Positions 10,692 through 21,514 of a stretch of 64,000 bases of DNA are shown one piece after another. The DNA comes from Chamaesiphon sp. (GTDB lineage: Bacteria > Cyanobacteriota > Cyanobacteriia > Cyanobacteriales > Chamaesiphonaceae). Made by a program: the position numbers and the translations under genes. Below the pieces are notes generated by a model that was not told the DNA's origin, did no database searches, and saw nothing but the letters and a program-made list of their open reading frames with translations. Numbering within the stretch: position 1 is the stretch's first letter; every line of letters starts with the position of its first letter. The stretch covers positions 32,001-96,000 of the forward strand of contig CBDFFH010000027.1 in NCBI GenBank assembly GCA_965246715.1, given 5' to 3'.

Positions 10692-11582
10692 CTATCGATC
10701 GGCTGTGAGGAGCGGTCGGAAGACATCCTCAGACCATTGCTTGAATGTTGTTGTAGTACTTGTCTCGGCGGTGCGAGGTTCGGCATCATAGATCCCCTCA
10801 GCGACTTCGGCAAACAGATCCACTAGACTCTGTGCAAAAGCTGGACTACAGCCATTCGTCAGCATCGATCGGTAATAAGCTTCCGCAGAAATAGGTTGAA
10901 AGCGCACGGGTTTAACGAGCACTTCACTCAAAATTGTCGCTACTCGATCGAGTGATAGATCCTCTGCACCATGCACCCCAACGCCGCTTTGTCCCCACCA
11001 ATCTAGATCGAGTAACCACTTGAGAGCCACAGCAGCGATATCTTGAGTACACACCATTGGGATTGGCAAGTCAGCAGGAAAGGGATAAAAATATAATCCC
11101 TGTTGGGAAATTGGTTTCAATTGCCATAAAAAGTTCTCCATGAAGTTGCCACATCGTAAATATTTGATGTTGGCACCAGTCAGATCGAGCAGTTCTTCCA
11201 TTGCATGAAGTGCCGAAATTGCACCTGCATTTTGAGCGTGTCCTTTGCCACCGCTGGATATTGCTACTATGCGCGGTGGTAATTCTATTCGCTCGATCGC
11301 AGTACAAAGAGCTTGAGTAAAATTTAAGTAATATTTTAGAACATTATCCTGAGTATGGCTTTGGGGAATACACCAGAATAGTGACTCTAAACCATTAAGT
11401 GCTGGCGATAGCACATTGGGATCGGCAATAGATCCTTGAATTATCTCGATCTTATTTGCTACATCGGGGTCGATTTTGTCAGGATAACGAGCAATAACCC
11501 GCACAGATCGATCTGCATTTACGACCGACCTCAAGACATGGCGACCGATATTTCCAGTGGGCGTTGTAATTAGAATAGTCAT
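10692..11582 (-). CDS. NmrA-like NAD(P)-binding protein
   Basis: TPTGNIG, LRCGNFMEN. Confidence 0.8.
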   Translation of the reverse strand: MTILITTPTGNIGRHVLRSVVNADRSVRVIARYPDKIDPDVANKIEIIQGSIADPNVLSPALNGLESLFWCIPQSHTQDNVLKYYLNFTQALCTAIERIELPPRIVAISSGGKGHAQNAGAISALHAMEELLDLTGANIKYLRCGNFMENFLWQLKPISQQGLYFYPFPADLPIPMVCTQDIAAVALKWLLDLDWWGQSGVGVHGAEDLSLDRVATILSEVLVKPVRFQPISAEAYYRSMLTNGCSPAFAQSLVDLFAEVAEGIYDAEPRTAETSTTTTFKQWSEDVFRPLLTADR

Positions 11583-11641
11583 GAACTTTTAAGAGCAATA
11601 TTTGTACCGATTGGAGTTAGCTATGCACTCAAAAATTCTGA

Positions 11642-12031
11642 TTACCAGGATGAATTGCCAATTTCAATCAGAATGCCATCCACATCTCGAACGTATGCCA
11701 CCGTCTGTCCCCAAGGTTTAACTACAGGCTCTGCATAAACAGTCGCCCCAGCAGCGATCGCAGTTGCAAAAGCTGCGATTACATCATCAGTGACAAAACA
11801 AATGGCAATTCCGGCAGGTAAATTAGAGAGGCTGTGCTCTTGAAACCCTTGGGAAAGACCATATTTTACAGCTTCACTCGCAGCAAAATGAAGTGTACTT
11901 TCACCCGTTTCTAGCTCGGCAAATAAGCCATTTTCATGAACAAAACGTTGCTGGAAACCAAACGCTTGCTCGTATAAAGCGATCGCTTTGGGAACGTCTT
12001 TGACAAACAAAGTTGGATGAGAGAATTTCAT
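11642..12031 (-). CDS. VOC/glyoxalase family protein
   Basis: KPWGQTVAYVRD..GILIE. Confidence 0.9.
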   Translation of the reverse strand: MKFSHPTLFVKDVPKAIALYEQAFGFQQRFVHENGLFAELETGESTLHFAASEAVKYGLSQGFQEHSLSNLPAGIAICFVTDDVIAAFATAIAAGATVYAEPVVKPWGQTVAYVRDVDGILIEIGNSSW

Positions 12032-12129
12032 GGCTGCTACCGATTTGAGAACGTTTGTACGATATCACGATCGATGATGGATGTAGAATAGCTAAAAGTC
12101 CGCATTTCATAACCGATCGTCCAGAAGTA

Positions 12130-13071
12130 ATGTTAATTCCTGACGCACTTACCGATGCGCTCCAGACGCTCCGACTACAAAACACTCACTCTGGCTATTT
12201 CAAGTTCACATCACCGTGGGGCGTGAGAATTCCCAACGATAACGATCGAGAAGTGGCGTATCACATTGTGATGAAGGGGGAATGCTGGCTGCTGATGGAT
12301 GGTACAGCCATTCACTTAACAAGTGGCGATCTAGTCATCTTGCTCGAACGAGTCGAACATATTATTTGCGATCGAGTATCTAGTCCAGTAGCTAATCTCG
12401 ACGAGGTGATTAGGATCGAGCCAAATCAGGGCTATAACCAGATTTCTTATGGTGGCGATGGCATTGCCGCAGAGCTGGTGTCTGGATGTTTCGAGCTATT
12501 GGGCGACCGCGATCGCAATCCGCTCCTCTTGGCACTACCACCGCTAATCCATATCAAAAATGAGCGGTCGTTGTTGGTGCCTTGGCTGGAGCAGACATTA
12601 CAATTTATCGCCGCTGAAATTGCGATCGGGCAACTTGGTTGTCAAACAGTCGTGGCGCGGCTGATGGATGTATTATTCATTCAAGCCGTTCGCGCCTATG
12701 TGAATGGATTAGCTCACGAACAAGGTAACTGGCTATCAGCATTAGTCGATCGAGAAATTGGCACTGCTTTATCCCTAATTCATCGCACTCCCGAATATCC
12801 TTGGACGGTTGCAGATTTAGCCGACAAGATTCCGATGTCTCGCTCGGCATTTGCCGCGCGATTTACCCAGTTAGTCGGACAGCCACCACTGCAATATTTA
12901 ACCAACTGGCGGATGGTTAAAGGTGCGGGTTTATTGCGGGATAGTCAGTTAGGACTGCGAGAGATCGGACTGCAAGTCGGTTATGAATCGGAAGTATCTT
13001 TTAGTAGAGCCTTTAAACGCTGGGCGGGTATTGCTCCTAGTTTTTATCGACAGCAGCAATCTGTATCCTAA
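12130..13071 (+). CDS. AraC family regulator (cupin sensor, RclR-like)
   Basis: PWTVADLA..MSRSAFAARF, VGYESE..FSRAFKR. Confidence 0.9.
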   Translation: MLIPDALTDALQTLRLQNTHSGYFKFTSPWGVRIPNDNDREVAYHIVMKGECWLLMDGTAIHLTSGDLVILLERVEHIICDRVSSPVANLDEVIRIEPNQGYNQISYGGDGIAAELVSGCFELLGDRDRNPLLLALPPLIHIKNERSLLVPWLEQTLQFIAAEIAIGQLGCQTVVARLMDVLFIQAVRAYVNGLAHEQGNWLSALVDREIGTALSLIHRTPEYPWTVADLADKIPMSRSAFAARFTQLVGQPPLQYLTNWRMVKGAGLLRDSQLGLREIGLQVGYESEVSFSRAFKRWAGIAPSFYRQQQSVS

Positions 13072-13304
13072 ATCTCCCGCTCGTTTTTGCTCGTGGGTAT
13101 TGCCACGAGCAAACATAGACGGAGATCGATTCCCTAGCTAACTAGCGTTGAGACAAGGCTCCAACTCCAATAAAATAAGCAGAAGCCACCGCACCTAATA
13201 GATACAACAACCAAGTCAGGAAAAACCCCATAGTACGATCGCTCGATCGTCCGCATCAATCCTTGATTTAAAAAGATCGAACTTTTAATGAATATCTATC
13301 AAGG

Positions 13305-13375
13305 ATCGATCGAATTGCAATCGATAACCTGCTTTCAGGCGATGCCAATACGCGATCGATTGCAATTCGATCGAT
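13305..13375. repeat. Perfect 21-bp inverted repeat with 29-nt loop
   Basis: ATCGATCGAATTGCAATCGAT (13305-13325)/(13355-13375); part of the element recurs at 27939-27964. Confidence 0.7.
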
Positions 13376-13402
13376 AAACTATTAGCAATCTTTACGGCTG
13401 GA

Positions 13403-14275
13403 TTACTTCGATCTAGCCGTTTCCTTGAAAAAGGATGACAGGAGCTGTGTCAGTCGTTCGGGTTGTTCTTCAGGTATCAAATGACCGCAACGTTCGATCG
13501 TTATGCCTCGGATATCTTGGCACAAGGGCTGCATAGTCTGTAACAATCGATCGCCAGCACCGCTTTCGCCACCAATTGCCAGAACAGGCATCAATAGGAG
13601 AGTTTTAGCACTTTGCCGATTGTGTTCCGCATCTTGCACGAATGTTCGATAGTGGGAAAACCCACCCCGCATTCCGCCTGGAGCTGCGTAGCAGCGCACA
13701 TACTCGGCAATATCTCGATCGCTTAAAGTTTGAGGATTATAGGGATCTCGCCTGTAAGCAATGGCACTCAGGTACAGTTCTTCACGACCCTGCGTTAACG
13801 CTTCGGGAAGATCGTCTACCATGTGAAACCAATGGTGCCATAAAAAACCATTCGCCCTAGCATCTTCTAAACCAAAACCTGGTAAGAGGACATCCAAGAT
13901 CGCTAATTGCCGCACTCCATCTGGATAAGCTTTTGCATAGGCGTAGGCAACCATGCCGCCGATATCGTGTCCGACTAGGCAAATGCGATCGTAGCCCAAA
14001 GCCTGGACTAGTTGGTAGATATCCTCTGCCACATTTCGCTTGTCATAGCCCGATTGCGGCTTTTCGGAGTCGCCGATGCCTCTGAGGTCTGGGGCAATAA
14101 TGGTATATTGACTTGCTAATAAAGGCATGACTTTGCGCCACGCATACCAAGTTTGCGGCCAGCCATGTAGTAACACGAGCGGTTCGCCTTGTCCACCCAT
14201 TACATAGTGCAGTCGAACCCCATTAACTTGAATCCGATGATGACTAAATATACTGTCAAAGTTTTGCTCGTTCAT
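13403..14275 (-). CDS. Alpha/beta hydrolase, epoxide hydrolase-like
   Basis: HGWP, GHDIGG, CGHLIPEE. Confidence 0.9.
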   Translation of the reverse strand: MNEQNFDSIFSHHRIQVNGVRLHYVMGGQGEPLVLLHGWPQTWYAWRKVMPLLASQYTIIAPDLRGIGDSEKPQSGYDKRNVAEDIYQLVQALGYDRICLVGHDIGGMVAYAYAKAYPDGVRQLAILDVLLPGFGLEDARANGFLWHHWFHMVDDLPEALTQGREELYLSAIAYRRDPYNPQTLSDRDIAEYVRCYAAPGGMRGGFSHYRTFVQDAEHNRQSAKTLLLMPVLAIGGESGAGDRLLQTMQPLCQDIRGITIERCGHLIPEEQPERLTQLLSSFFKETARSK

Positions 14276-14388
14276 CCTGTCGATCTAATGTCCTTACTAG
14301 TTTTGTCAGATTCTCGTCGGTGCAACTGCCTCAATACCATAATTTTTTAAGTAACCAAGACGAAAAGATCCACATTAAGAGCGATAAG

Positions 14389-14787
14389 TCAGGTAAAAAG
14401 GGTTGATATATCCATAAACAGTCGGACAGAGGTAACTAATCCTGCATCATTTTTCTCGGTAATCGCTACAGCCGGAATTGTTACAGATTTATTGTCTTTG
14501 CGCTTAAATGTATTGAATGCTTCTAAAACAAAGTTTCGATCGTCACCATAGATATTTTGCAAATTGTGTTCGTCACTATCGATCGTTGCCCAGAATGCTG
14601 CTAAGCTTTCTACAATATTTTTCTTGCCTTTAACGATCGGATTATTGCAAAATTGCATTTCACAATCTTCTGCCAAGAATGTGGCATAAGCATTAATATC
14701 GAGGTTATCCATTGCATTTAAGTACGTAAGATACCACTCATATGAACTATGGCTGAGTTGATTGACTTTGAGTTCGTCGGTTTTCAT
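14389..14787 (-). CDS. SnoaL/NTF2-like protein
   Basis: 132 aa with NTF2-like pattern; near-identical partial copy at 47993-48346. Confidence 0.7.
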   Translation of the reverse strand: MKTDELKVNQLSHSSYEWYLTYLNAMDNLDINAYATFLAEDCEMQFCNNPIVKGKKNIVESLAAFWATIDSDEHNLQNIYGDDRNFVLEAFNTFKRKDNKSVTIPAVAITEKNDAGLVTSVRLFMDISTLFT

Positions 14788-14829
14788 GAGAATATCCTCT
14801 TTAAATTACAAAAAATTGAAGTTCGATCG

Positions 14830-15738
14830 CTAGTTAAGTTGGGAAGCCTTCCAGGAGGCGTAGTAGGTTTCAATTTCATCAATGATTCCCGTGTGGCGAG
14901 GACTCCAACCCAAAATTCGTGCGGCTTTGCGGGAAGTGATGAATTCGTTTTGGTCGAACCAGGTACTGGCTAAATCATCCTCTTGCTGTAGTCCAAATTC
15001 GATTGCACCGCTATAGTTGGCGGCTTTCAAACAAGCCTGCATCACTTCCAAACAAGTTGGACGCTGCTCGTCGGCAATGCAGAAAATCTCACCATCGATC
15101 GCGGCTCCACTTTCTGCCACCCGCACGTAAGCTTCTGCTAAATCATGAATATGTACCCAGCTCCAACCTTTCTCGCGATCGCCGCGATATACCGCCCTAC
15201 CCTGTCCCATCGCAAACCATTGACTGCTAATACTCGATCGACCGTCGATACCATACATAAAACCTGGACGTAGAACAACCTTCCGACAATGTGGGATTGG
15301 CATGGCAAACATCTTTTGCTCCATATCCATGCGAAATGCCAGCTTGTGTTCGGGGTTTGCTGGAGTCGTCTCATCCATGACCCGTTCGGGACGTTTGCCA
15401 TAGATCGAGCAGCCTGTTGTATAGATGAACAGCCGATTCCGTGGAGAAGTTTCCGCTGCTTGCTGCAATGTCTCAAACAGTTTTAAGTCAGTTCCTTGCG
15501 GATCTTCAAAATCCATCATGGTATGGATGAGAACATCAGTTTGTTCGAGCAAGTGGTGATAAGTTTGTGGTTGTTTGACATCGCCAACTGCTATTTGAAC
15601 CTCGTGCCGTTGCAGCTCTTGAGCGCGGGGTTGGCCAACGTCGCGGACTAATCCATACACCTGATGACCTGCTTGGCGAAGGGCGATCGCCGCATGAAAT
15701 CCGGCATATCCAGTTGCACCTGTAATTAAAATTTTCAT
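14830..15738 (-). CDS. NAD-dependent epimerase/dehydratase family protein
   Basis: TGATGYAG, VLRPGFMYG, WVHIHDLA. Confidence 0.85.
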   Translation of the reverse strand: MKILITGATGYAGFHAAIALRQAGHQVYGLVRDVGQPRAQELQRHEVQIAVGDVKQPQTYHHLLEQTDVLIHTMMDFEDPQGTDLKLFETLQQAAETSPRNRLFIYTTGCSIYGKRPERVMDETTPANPEHKLAFRMDMEQKMFAMPIPHCRKVVLRPGFMYGIDGRSSISSQWFAMGQGRAVYRGDREKGWSWVHIHDLAEAYVRVAESGAAIDGEIFCIADEQRPTCLEVMQACLKAANYSGAIEFGLQQEDDLASTWFDQNEFITSRKAARILGWSPRHTGIIDEIETYYASWKASQLN

Positions 15739-15893
15739 CTTTTTCTACCTAAAGGTACAATAATGCTGTTAAAGACTAGCTCTAACTCTCATAACTACTA
15801 GCATATTGAGATTTATCGATGATGTCTTTGACAAATCTTGCGAATATTTTGCTAAATCTTGCGGTTTGCAGTTGTCGAAAGGTTCGATCGGAG

Positions 15894-16793
15894 CTAAAGC
15901 TTTTTTCGATACTGAGTGGGAGTAATACCAGTATGCTTGCGAAAGAAGTTAGTAAATTGTGCTTGAGTAGAAAAACCTAAATAATTACTAACTTCAACAA
16001 TCGAGAGATTGAGTTGAGTTAATAATCGCTTTGCCAAGTCAATTCGCTGTTGCATCACATACTGCCACAATGGGATTCCCATTGTTTGTTTAAACATCCG
16101 CGCAAAGTGAAATTGACTCAGACCAACGCTTGTCGCGATCGCTGCCAAGGACAAATCTTCACTTAAGTGAGCGTGAACATAATCGATCGCTTGCTGAGTT
16201 TGTGGATGAGAAGAACACCCAATAGTTTCTAGCGGTCGTGCTTTTGTTGAATAACAATAGACTAAATGAGCCGCAAGCGCATTACTCAGTGATTCTGCAT
16301 AAATACGACTGCCAATCGGGTCGGTTTCTAAAGCTATTTTTAGCGATCGCCCAAGCTGATAAATTAGCGGATCTGATTTAGCGAAATGAGGCAAAATTTC
16401 GATTCGATCGGGGTCGATAACTTCAGGATCTAATTGCTTTAAAAAGGTTGGCTCAAAACCGATCAAGAGTAGATCTTGTTCTCCTGTCGATCGAATCCAG
16501 TGGCGTGTATTTGCAGGTACGATACAAACATCCCCAGCAATAATCGATTCATGGCGAAATTGCCCATCTAACCTTCGTTCTGACTGCACTACTCCCTGAG
16601 TTTGAATCGCAATTACATGTTGGGTTGGATAATGCTCTGGTGTTTCGTGAGCTGAAGAGTGATGAGCTTCTAAGTAGATTCCATTCAACTGGATTTTGCT
16701 GCTAAATTCAACCTGAGCGGCTGGAACCGTCTGCAAAATCACAGACTCTTGGCTGTGGTCGATCGCGATTGCATGGTTTTGTGTCATCGGCAA
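15894..16793 (-). CDS. AraC family regulator
   Basis: LSLAAIA..SQFHFARMFK, GFSTQAQFT. Confidence 0.9.
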   Translation of the reverse strand: MPMTQNHAIAIDHSQESVILQTVPAAQVEFSSKIQLNGIYLEAHHSSAHETPEHYPTQHVIAIQTQGVVQSERRLDGQFRHESIIAGDVCIVPANTRHWIRSTGEQDLLLIGFEPTFLKQLDPEVIDPDRIEILPHFAKSDPLIYQLGRSLKIALETDPIGSRIYAESLSNALAAHLVYCYSTKARPLETIGCSSHPQTQQAIDYVHAHLSEDLSLAAIATSVGLSQFHFARMFKQTMGIPLWQYVMQQRIDLAKRLLTQLNLSIVEVSNYLGFSTQAQFTNFFRKHTGITPTQYRKKL

Positions 16794-16996
16794 ATCGCAC
16801 CTTCAACATCGAACGCGTCTACTTCTGGGCGATCTCGCACTGCTGTAGACAATTATTGCAACTCTTAACTCATTTTAGCCCGTTTTGGTACAGTGAAATT
16901 GTTTGTATGTTCTCCAAGACCTGAAGCTTGTGCTGTTATTCTAAATTGAGGTTTTCTTGCCAAGTTTCAGCTATTTTTTGCCTCGGATTGATTCTA

Positions 16997-18268
16997 TTAA
17001 TCTATGACTATCACCATTTCTTGATAAGCACGTAACATAAAGTTCGAGACGGGTATGAGTGGTTGTCCTAGCTCTAGGTGCAGACTGGGATAGTGTCGCG
17101 TTAATTCCTCCAACACGAGGCGGATTTCGAGTTTGGCTAAGGATGCGCCGATACAGTAGTGAATGCCATGTCCAAAGCTGAGGTGACTGCTAGCATTTTC
17201 ACGTCTGAAGTTCAGCCGATCGGGATTAGGGAATTGAGCCGGATCGTGATTGCCCGCTAGGTAAGCAATCCAGACAGTGGAGTCTTTGGGAATCGTCACT
17301 TCGCCCAATACGGCATCGCGGCTGGTACGACGGAATAGCCCGATCGCCGAACCACCATGCCGGATTAACTCATCTACAGCAGTAGCGATGCGATCGGGGT
17401 GCTGGCATAACTCCTCCCACAGTTCGCGCTGACTCAGGAGACTATACAGCGTGTTGCCAATCAAGGCGGCGGTGGTTTCATGCCCTGCAAACACCAAGCC
17501 AACTGTCAGTCCCGCAATTTCTTCATCACTCAGGGGATCTTCGTCACTTTGTCGCGCCTCGATCGCGGAACTGATTAAGTTATCAGCGGGATTAGTGGCG
17601 TAGTATTTGACTCGATCGAGCATATAAGTATAATACTCGACGACACTTTGCCCGATCGCCCGCTGTTCTTCTGCACTCCAACCAGGATTCTGTAGCTTGA
17701 CAAAATCGGTACTCCAGCGTTTGATGTCTGGCGCATCCGCATCGGCGATCCCCATCAGACGGCAGATCGTCAGTAATGGCAGCCTGTCGCAGAAAGTTTT
17801 GATAACTTCAGCCCGCTTATTTGTCCGCAGCTCGGCAAGTAATTCGTGGATTAGCTCGCGAATTTGTGGTTCTAGGATCGCAACTTGACGGGGCGTGAAC
17901 GCTCGCTGGAAATTGTTGCGTAATCGCGTATGAGCGGGAGGATCGTTATCGATGAGCGAATAACGATACACCGGATGTTCCAATCCACCCATCACCTTGA
18001 GTGCTTCTGGCGAGACTAACGCTGGAGCGGAGAATGCTCCACCAGAGGTGAATGTATTGGTATCTTGCATAACTGCCTTGAGGTCATCATAGCGAGTCAC
18101 CACCCACATATTCATGACTGGGCTGAAGAACACAGGCTGCTCCTGCTGCGCTGCCATAAATGCTGATTGGGGGGCAAGGTTAAAGTGGGGCGTAAAGGGG
18201 TTGAATTGCTCCGGCGATCGCATGTGCGCGACTGGACACTTCAATGCTTCAATATTCTCGACAGACAT
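16997..18268 (-). CDS. Cytochrome P450
   Basis: AGHETT, ELIR, FGHGIHYCIG; ATG 18268 with TAGGAG RBS. Confidence 0.95.
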   Translation of the reverse strand: MSVENIEALKCPVAHMRSPEQFNPFTPHFNLAPQSAFMAAQQEQPVFFSPVMNMWVVTRYDDLKAVMQDTNTFTSGGAFSAPALVSPEALKVMGGLEHPVYRYSLIDNDPPAHTRLRNNFQRAFTPRQVAILEPQIRELIHELLAELRTNKRAEVIKTFCDRLPLLTICRLMGIADADAPDIKRWSTDFVKLQNPGWSAEEQRAIGQSVVEYYTYMLDRVKYYATNPADNLISSAIEARQSDEDPLSDEEIAGLTVGLVFAGHETTAALIGNTLYSLLSQRELWEELCQHPDRIATAVDELIRHGGSAIGLFRRTSRDAVLGEVTIPKDSTVWIAYLAGNHDPAQFPNPDRLNFRRENASSHLSFGHGIHYCIGASLAKLEIRLVLEELTRHYPSLHLELGQPLIPVSNFMLRAYQEMVIVID

Positions 18269-18282
18269 AGCCAACTCCTAAA

Positions 18283-18438
18283 TTTATACGATAGTTTGAA
18301 AATTTTAGACCTGTTAGAACCTGTAAATTCGACTCAGAGCTAAGAAAGTTCTTTGAATTCTAGGTTGTAGAGTTGAGATGATATTAGATCGCTTCAGCTA
18401 ATTCATACGTTCGTTTGATATTAAACCATATGTTTGCA
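18283..18438. promoter_or_regulatory. Three TetR-type operator-like sites upstream of the P450
   Basis: TTTATACgataGTTTGAA 18283, TTCATACgttcGTTTGAT 18402, TTAAACCatatGTTTGCA 18421. Confidence 0.55.
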
Positions 18439-18480
18439 CAAATGACCAGAACTTGCTAACCAAGAAGTGGCAACGCCTCG

Positions 18481-19248
18481 TTAGGCGGCTTTACGTGCTG
18501 ATACAGCCGATGGCGCAAAGCTGCCAAAAGATACGGCTTTAAGCACTAAATCTCGAACCGGATTGTTGTAAAGCTGTACGTTTACCAGACCGCGAAGCTC
18601 GAAGTGTTTTGCATACTCAGCTTGGTTGACGATATCGGATAAAACGATCGTGCCATTAGGTTTGAGCACCCTCACAATTTCATCTAGGGCTGTTTGGCGA
18701 TCTGCTGCTGCTTCCAAATTGTGAACCGTCCAGTTGGAAACGATCGCATCAAAGTAGTTTTCGGGGAAAGGCAACTGACGCATATCGGCTGTTTTGACTT
18801 CAATCCGCTCTATGACCCCTTCAATTGCGGCGTTGGATAAGGCAGCATCAGCACTGTTATTCGCTTGGTCTTGTTGCTGCCATAGGTCGATACCGATCGC
18901 TTTGCCAGAAGTTAGCCGCTTTGCCGCCCCGACTAGCATCAAACCCCGTCCACATCCCACATCGAGGACTAGCTCGTCACCCGACCACTGGACTAGATTG
19001 AGGAGGTTTTCGCTGTCTTTTAGCTTTGCTACTTTACTGTAATAAATCATGAAGCAGCCCATCCCTAGCAGGTAAGTGGCTGCAATGCCAAATATTGTAG
19101 CGATAATAATTTTTAGAGTTAGCCCAAATACTGATGAGAGCAAAGCTACCAGGAAGACTGCTAGCGCAACTGTACCAGCGATAAAAAAGAAGCGAACTAG
19201 ACCTGGTGCATCGATGCCATATTGAGGGCGTTGGGTAAGGTTGCTCAT
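18481..19248 (-). CDS. Class I SAM methyltransferase with N-terminal membrane helices
   Basis: VLDVGCGRG, RVLKPNG. Confidence 0.9.
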   Translation of the reverse strand: MSNLTQRPQYGIDAPGLVRFFFIAGTVALAVFLVALLSSVFGLTLKIIIATIFGIAATYLLGMGCFMIYYSKVAKLKDSENLLNLVQWSGDELVLDVGCGRGLMLVGAAKRLTSGKAIGIDLWQQQDQANNSADAALSNAAIEGVIERIEVKTADMRQLPFPENYFDAIVSNWTVHNLEAAADRQTALDEIVRVLKPNGTIVLSDIVNQAEYAKHFELRGLVNVQLYNNPVRDLVLKAVSFGSFAPSAVSARKAA

Positions 19249-19292
19249 AATGATGATTTAACTGGATTTGCGATCGAGCTGACTCAACTCTA

Positions 19293-19310
19293 TTAAAACA
19301 TACGTTTGAA
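19293..19310. promoter_or_regulatory. TetR operator-like palindrome
   Basis: TTAAAACatacGTTTGAA between the divergent methyltransferase and tetR. Confidence 0.6.
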
Positions 19311-19411
19311 TTAATTCCCAAGTCCGAATCTAAAATAGCTGGTAAGCTGGATTTATGTGCTGACTAGCCCGTGCTCGATTAGCATCGCTCGAACTCTTAC
19401 TGACATAGGAA

Positions 19412-20032
19412 ATGCCCACTTCAACGACCGATACTAAAGAACAAATCATTAACGTCGCCGAGCGGCTGTTTGCGGAGCACGGCTTTGCTGGGACGACGTT
19501 ACGAAATGTCGTGAGTGAGGCGGGTGTTAACTTGGCAGCCGTTCACTACCACTTCGGTTCCAAGGAAGAGTTATATCGAGCCGTGGTGGCGCGGTTTGCT
19601 CGTCCGATCGTCGATCGAGAATTAGCACTGCTAGAAGAACTTAAAGCAGCCCATGAATTACCTTCGGTGGAAGCGATCTTGACGGCAATGCTCGAACCCA
19701 ACCTGGAAATCTTATCCCAAGATCGAGATATCCTGCTGATTAGAGCAAAATTTATGGGGCGTTGTCGCACGGAGCCAGAGCCGATTCAGAGTATCGCGAA
19801 TCAGGAATTTGTGGTAGCAATGGCGGCGTATTTAGATGTATTGCAGCGGGTTTTGCCCGAACAATCGCGATCGCAACTCAGTTGGAAGTTCGATCTGGTC
19901 ATTGCCGCGTTAATTCGGGTGCTGACTGAAGCTGGAAAACCTTATGGATTACTCAAAAGCAATAGCCCTGAAGATATTCGATCGACTACTCAACAACTCG
20001 TGCGGTTTCTAAGTCCAGGGATGCGATCGTGA
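19412..20032 (+). CDS. TetR family regulator
   Basis: AERLFAEHGF..AGVNLAAVHYHFGSKEEL. Confidence 0.95.
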   Translation: MPTSTTDTKEQIINVAERLFAEHGFAGTTLRNVVSEAGVNLAAVHYHFGSKEELYRAVVARFARPIVDRELALLEELKAAHELPSVEAILTAMLEPNLEILSQDRDILLIRAKFMGRCRTEPEPIQSIANQEFVVAMAAYLDVLQRVLPEQSRSQLSWKFDLVIAALIRVLTEAGKPYGLLKSNSPEDIRSTTQQLVRFLSPGMRS

Positions 20033-20065
20033 GCACAATCCGCTCCTGTTGGTAATACCACTAAT

Positions 20066-21448
20066 TTATCGATTAATTGGCAATCGCACCTGAAAGCGCG
20101 TATTCCCAGGCTCCGATGTAAAGCCGAGCTTGCCCTGATGTTGCCCGACGACAATCCGCCGTGCGATGTCGAGTCCCAATCCCGTCCCTTTCCCAACTTC
20201 TTTAGTCGTGAAAAACTGGTCGAAAATACGCGGTTGGACATCAGTGGGAATCCCCGCACCATCATCGGCAATTTCGACTAGGACATATTCATCTTCAACT
20301 GATGTCCGAATCCATAGATGTCCTTTGCCATTGGTGGCATCGAGCGCATTGTCGATTAAATTCGTCCAAACTTGATTGAGTTGGGGCGCGTAGGCAGATA
20401 TTTTGGGTACATTCCCATACTGCTTTTCTACTACCATACCGTACTTGAGTTTGTGCTTGAGAATGATGAGCGTATTCTCAATTCCCTCATGAATATCGAT
20501 TTCTTGTAATGGCGATCGATCTAAATAAGAGTAATTTTTCATCGCCGTAATTAGCTCGGAAATCCGCGTCGATCCGAGCTTAATATCTTCTAATAGCTTG
20601 ATGCTAGTCAGGGTTGTTTCCAGCCAAGTCAAGACACACTCCAGACAATCAGGAGTAATCTGAGCGGTCACTTCATCTAGCTGCGTCACATCCAAACCCG
20701 CAGTCACCAACATCGGAGCCAGCTTCCAAGCGTTTGCGACCTCATGAGCGTCTAACCAATCAGCAATCTCATCTTCGGCTTCACTTTGCGCGATCGGATC
20801 GAGTTGCGAAGTCTTGAGGGCGGCGGTATTAGCCTTATTATACAAATCATCTAAAAAAGCAATTTGGTCGGCTGTAAGCAGTTGTTGGTGCAGTCTGAGT
20901 GCTAAAGAGGGCAGGGTTTGTAAGGCTGATTCGAGGTTATTTACATTGCTGCGAACGGCAGCGGCGGGGTTATTTAACTCGTGAGCGAGTCCGGCGGATA
21001 AGGTGCCTAAAGAAATTAGTTTTGCTTGCTGCTGAGTGACGGTTTCGTGGATTTGCGATCGCTCGACGGCAATCTTGAGGATGCGCCGCATCACACCAGG
21101 GCACAGTTCCAGCATTTTCCAAAAGTCGTCGGGAGACAGCTTGTATAACCGCACATTGGTGAGTGCCCGTCCGCTAGTCGGATACGGCTGCTCTAGCAAC
21201 AAAATCAGTTCGGCAAACACTTCGCCCATACCTAGTGTCACCGCTGGCACGACTTCTCCACCGACGTTGCGCGTCCACTCGATTTGTCCGGCGAGAATGA
21301 TGTAGAAACCATCGGGCGGATCGCCTTGTTTGGCAATTTGCGTACCGCGATCGATCGTGATTTCGCTACCCAGTCCGGCGATGCACTGTAATTGCTCGTC
21401 ATTCAGGTTAGAAAACAGTGGCATTCGACGGAAGGTGTCAATTTGCAT
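20066..21448 (-). CDS. cNMP-binding-domain sensor histidine kinase
   Basis: N-terminal Crp-like domain; AHELNNP, NLIDNA, DDGAG, GTGLGL. Confidence 0.92.
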   Translation of the reverse strand: MQIDTFRRMPLFSNLNDEQLQCIAGLGSEITIDRGTQIAKQGDPPDGFYIILAGQIEWTRNVGGEVVPAVTLGMGEVFAELILLLEQPYPTSGRALTNVRLYKLSPDDFWKMLELCPGVMRRILKIAVERSQIHETVTQQQAKLISLGTLSAGLAHELNNPAAAVRSNVNNLESALQTLPSLALRLHQQLLTADQIAFLDDLYNKANTAALKTSQLDPIAQSEAEDEIADWLDAHEVANAWKLAPMLVTAGLDVTQLDEVTAQITPDCLECVLTWLETTLTSIKLLEDIKLGSTRISELITAMKNYSYLDRSPLQEIDIHEGIENTLIILKHKLKYGMVVEKQYGNVPKISAYAPQLNQVWTNLIDNALDATNGKGHLWIRTSVEDEYVLVEIADDGAGIPTDVQPRIFDQFFTTKEVGKGTGLGLDIARRIVVGQHQGKLGFTSEPGNTRFQVRLPINR

Positions 21449-21514
21449 GGGGGCGATGGGGAGTTTTCAAGAACTAGAATTACTGACGACAATATTGCCG
21501 AGCGGGTAGCATTC

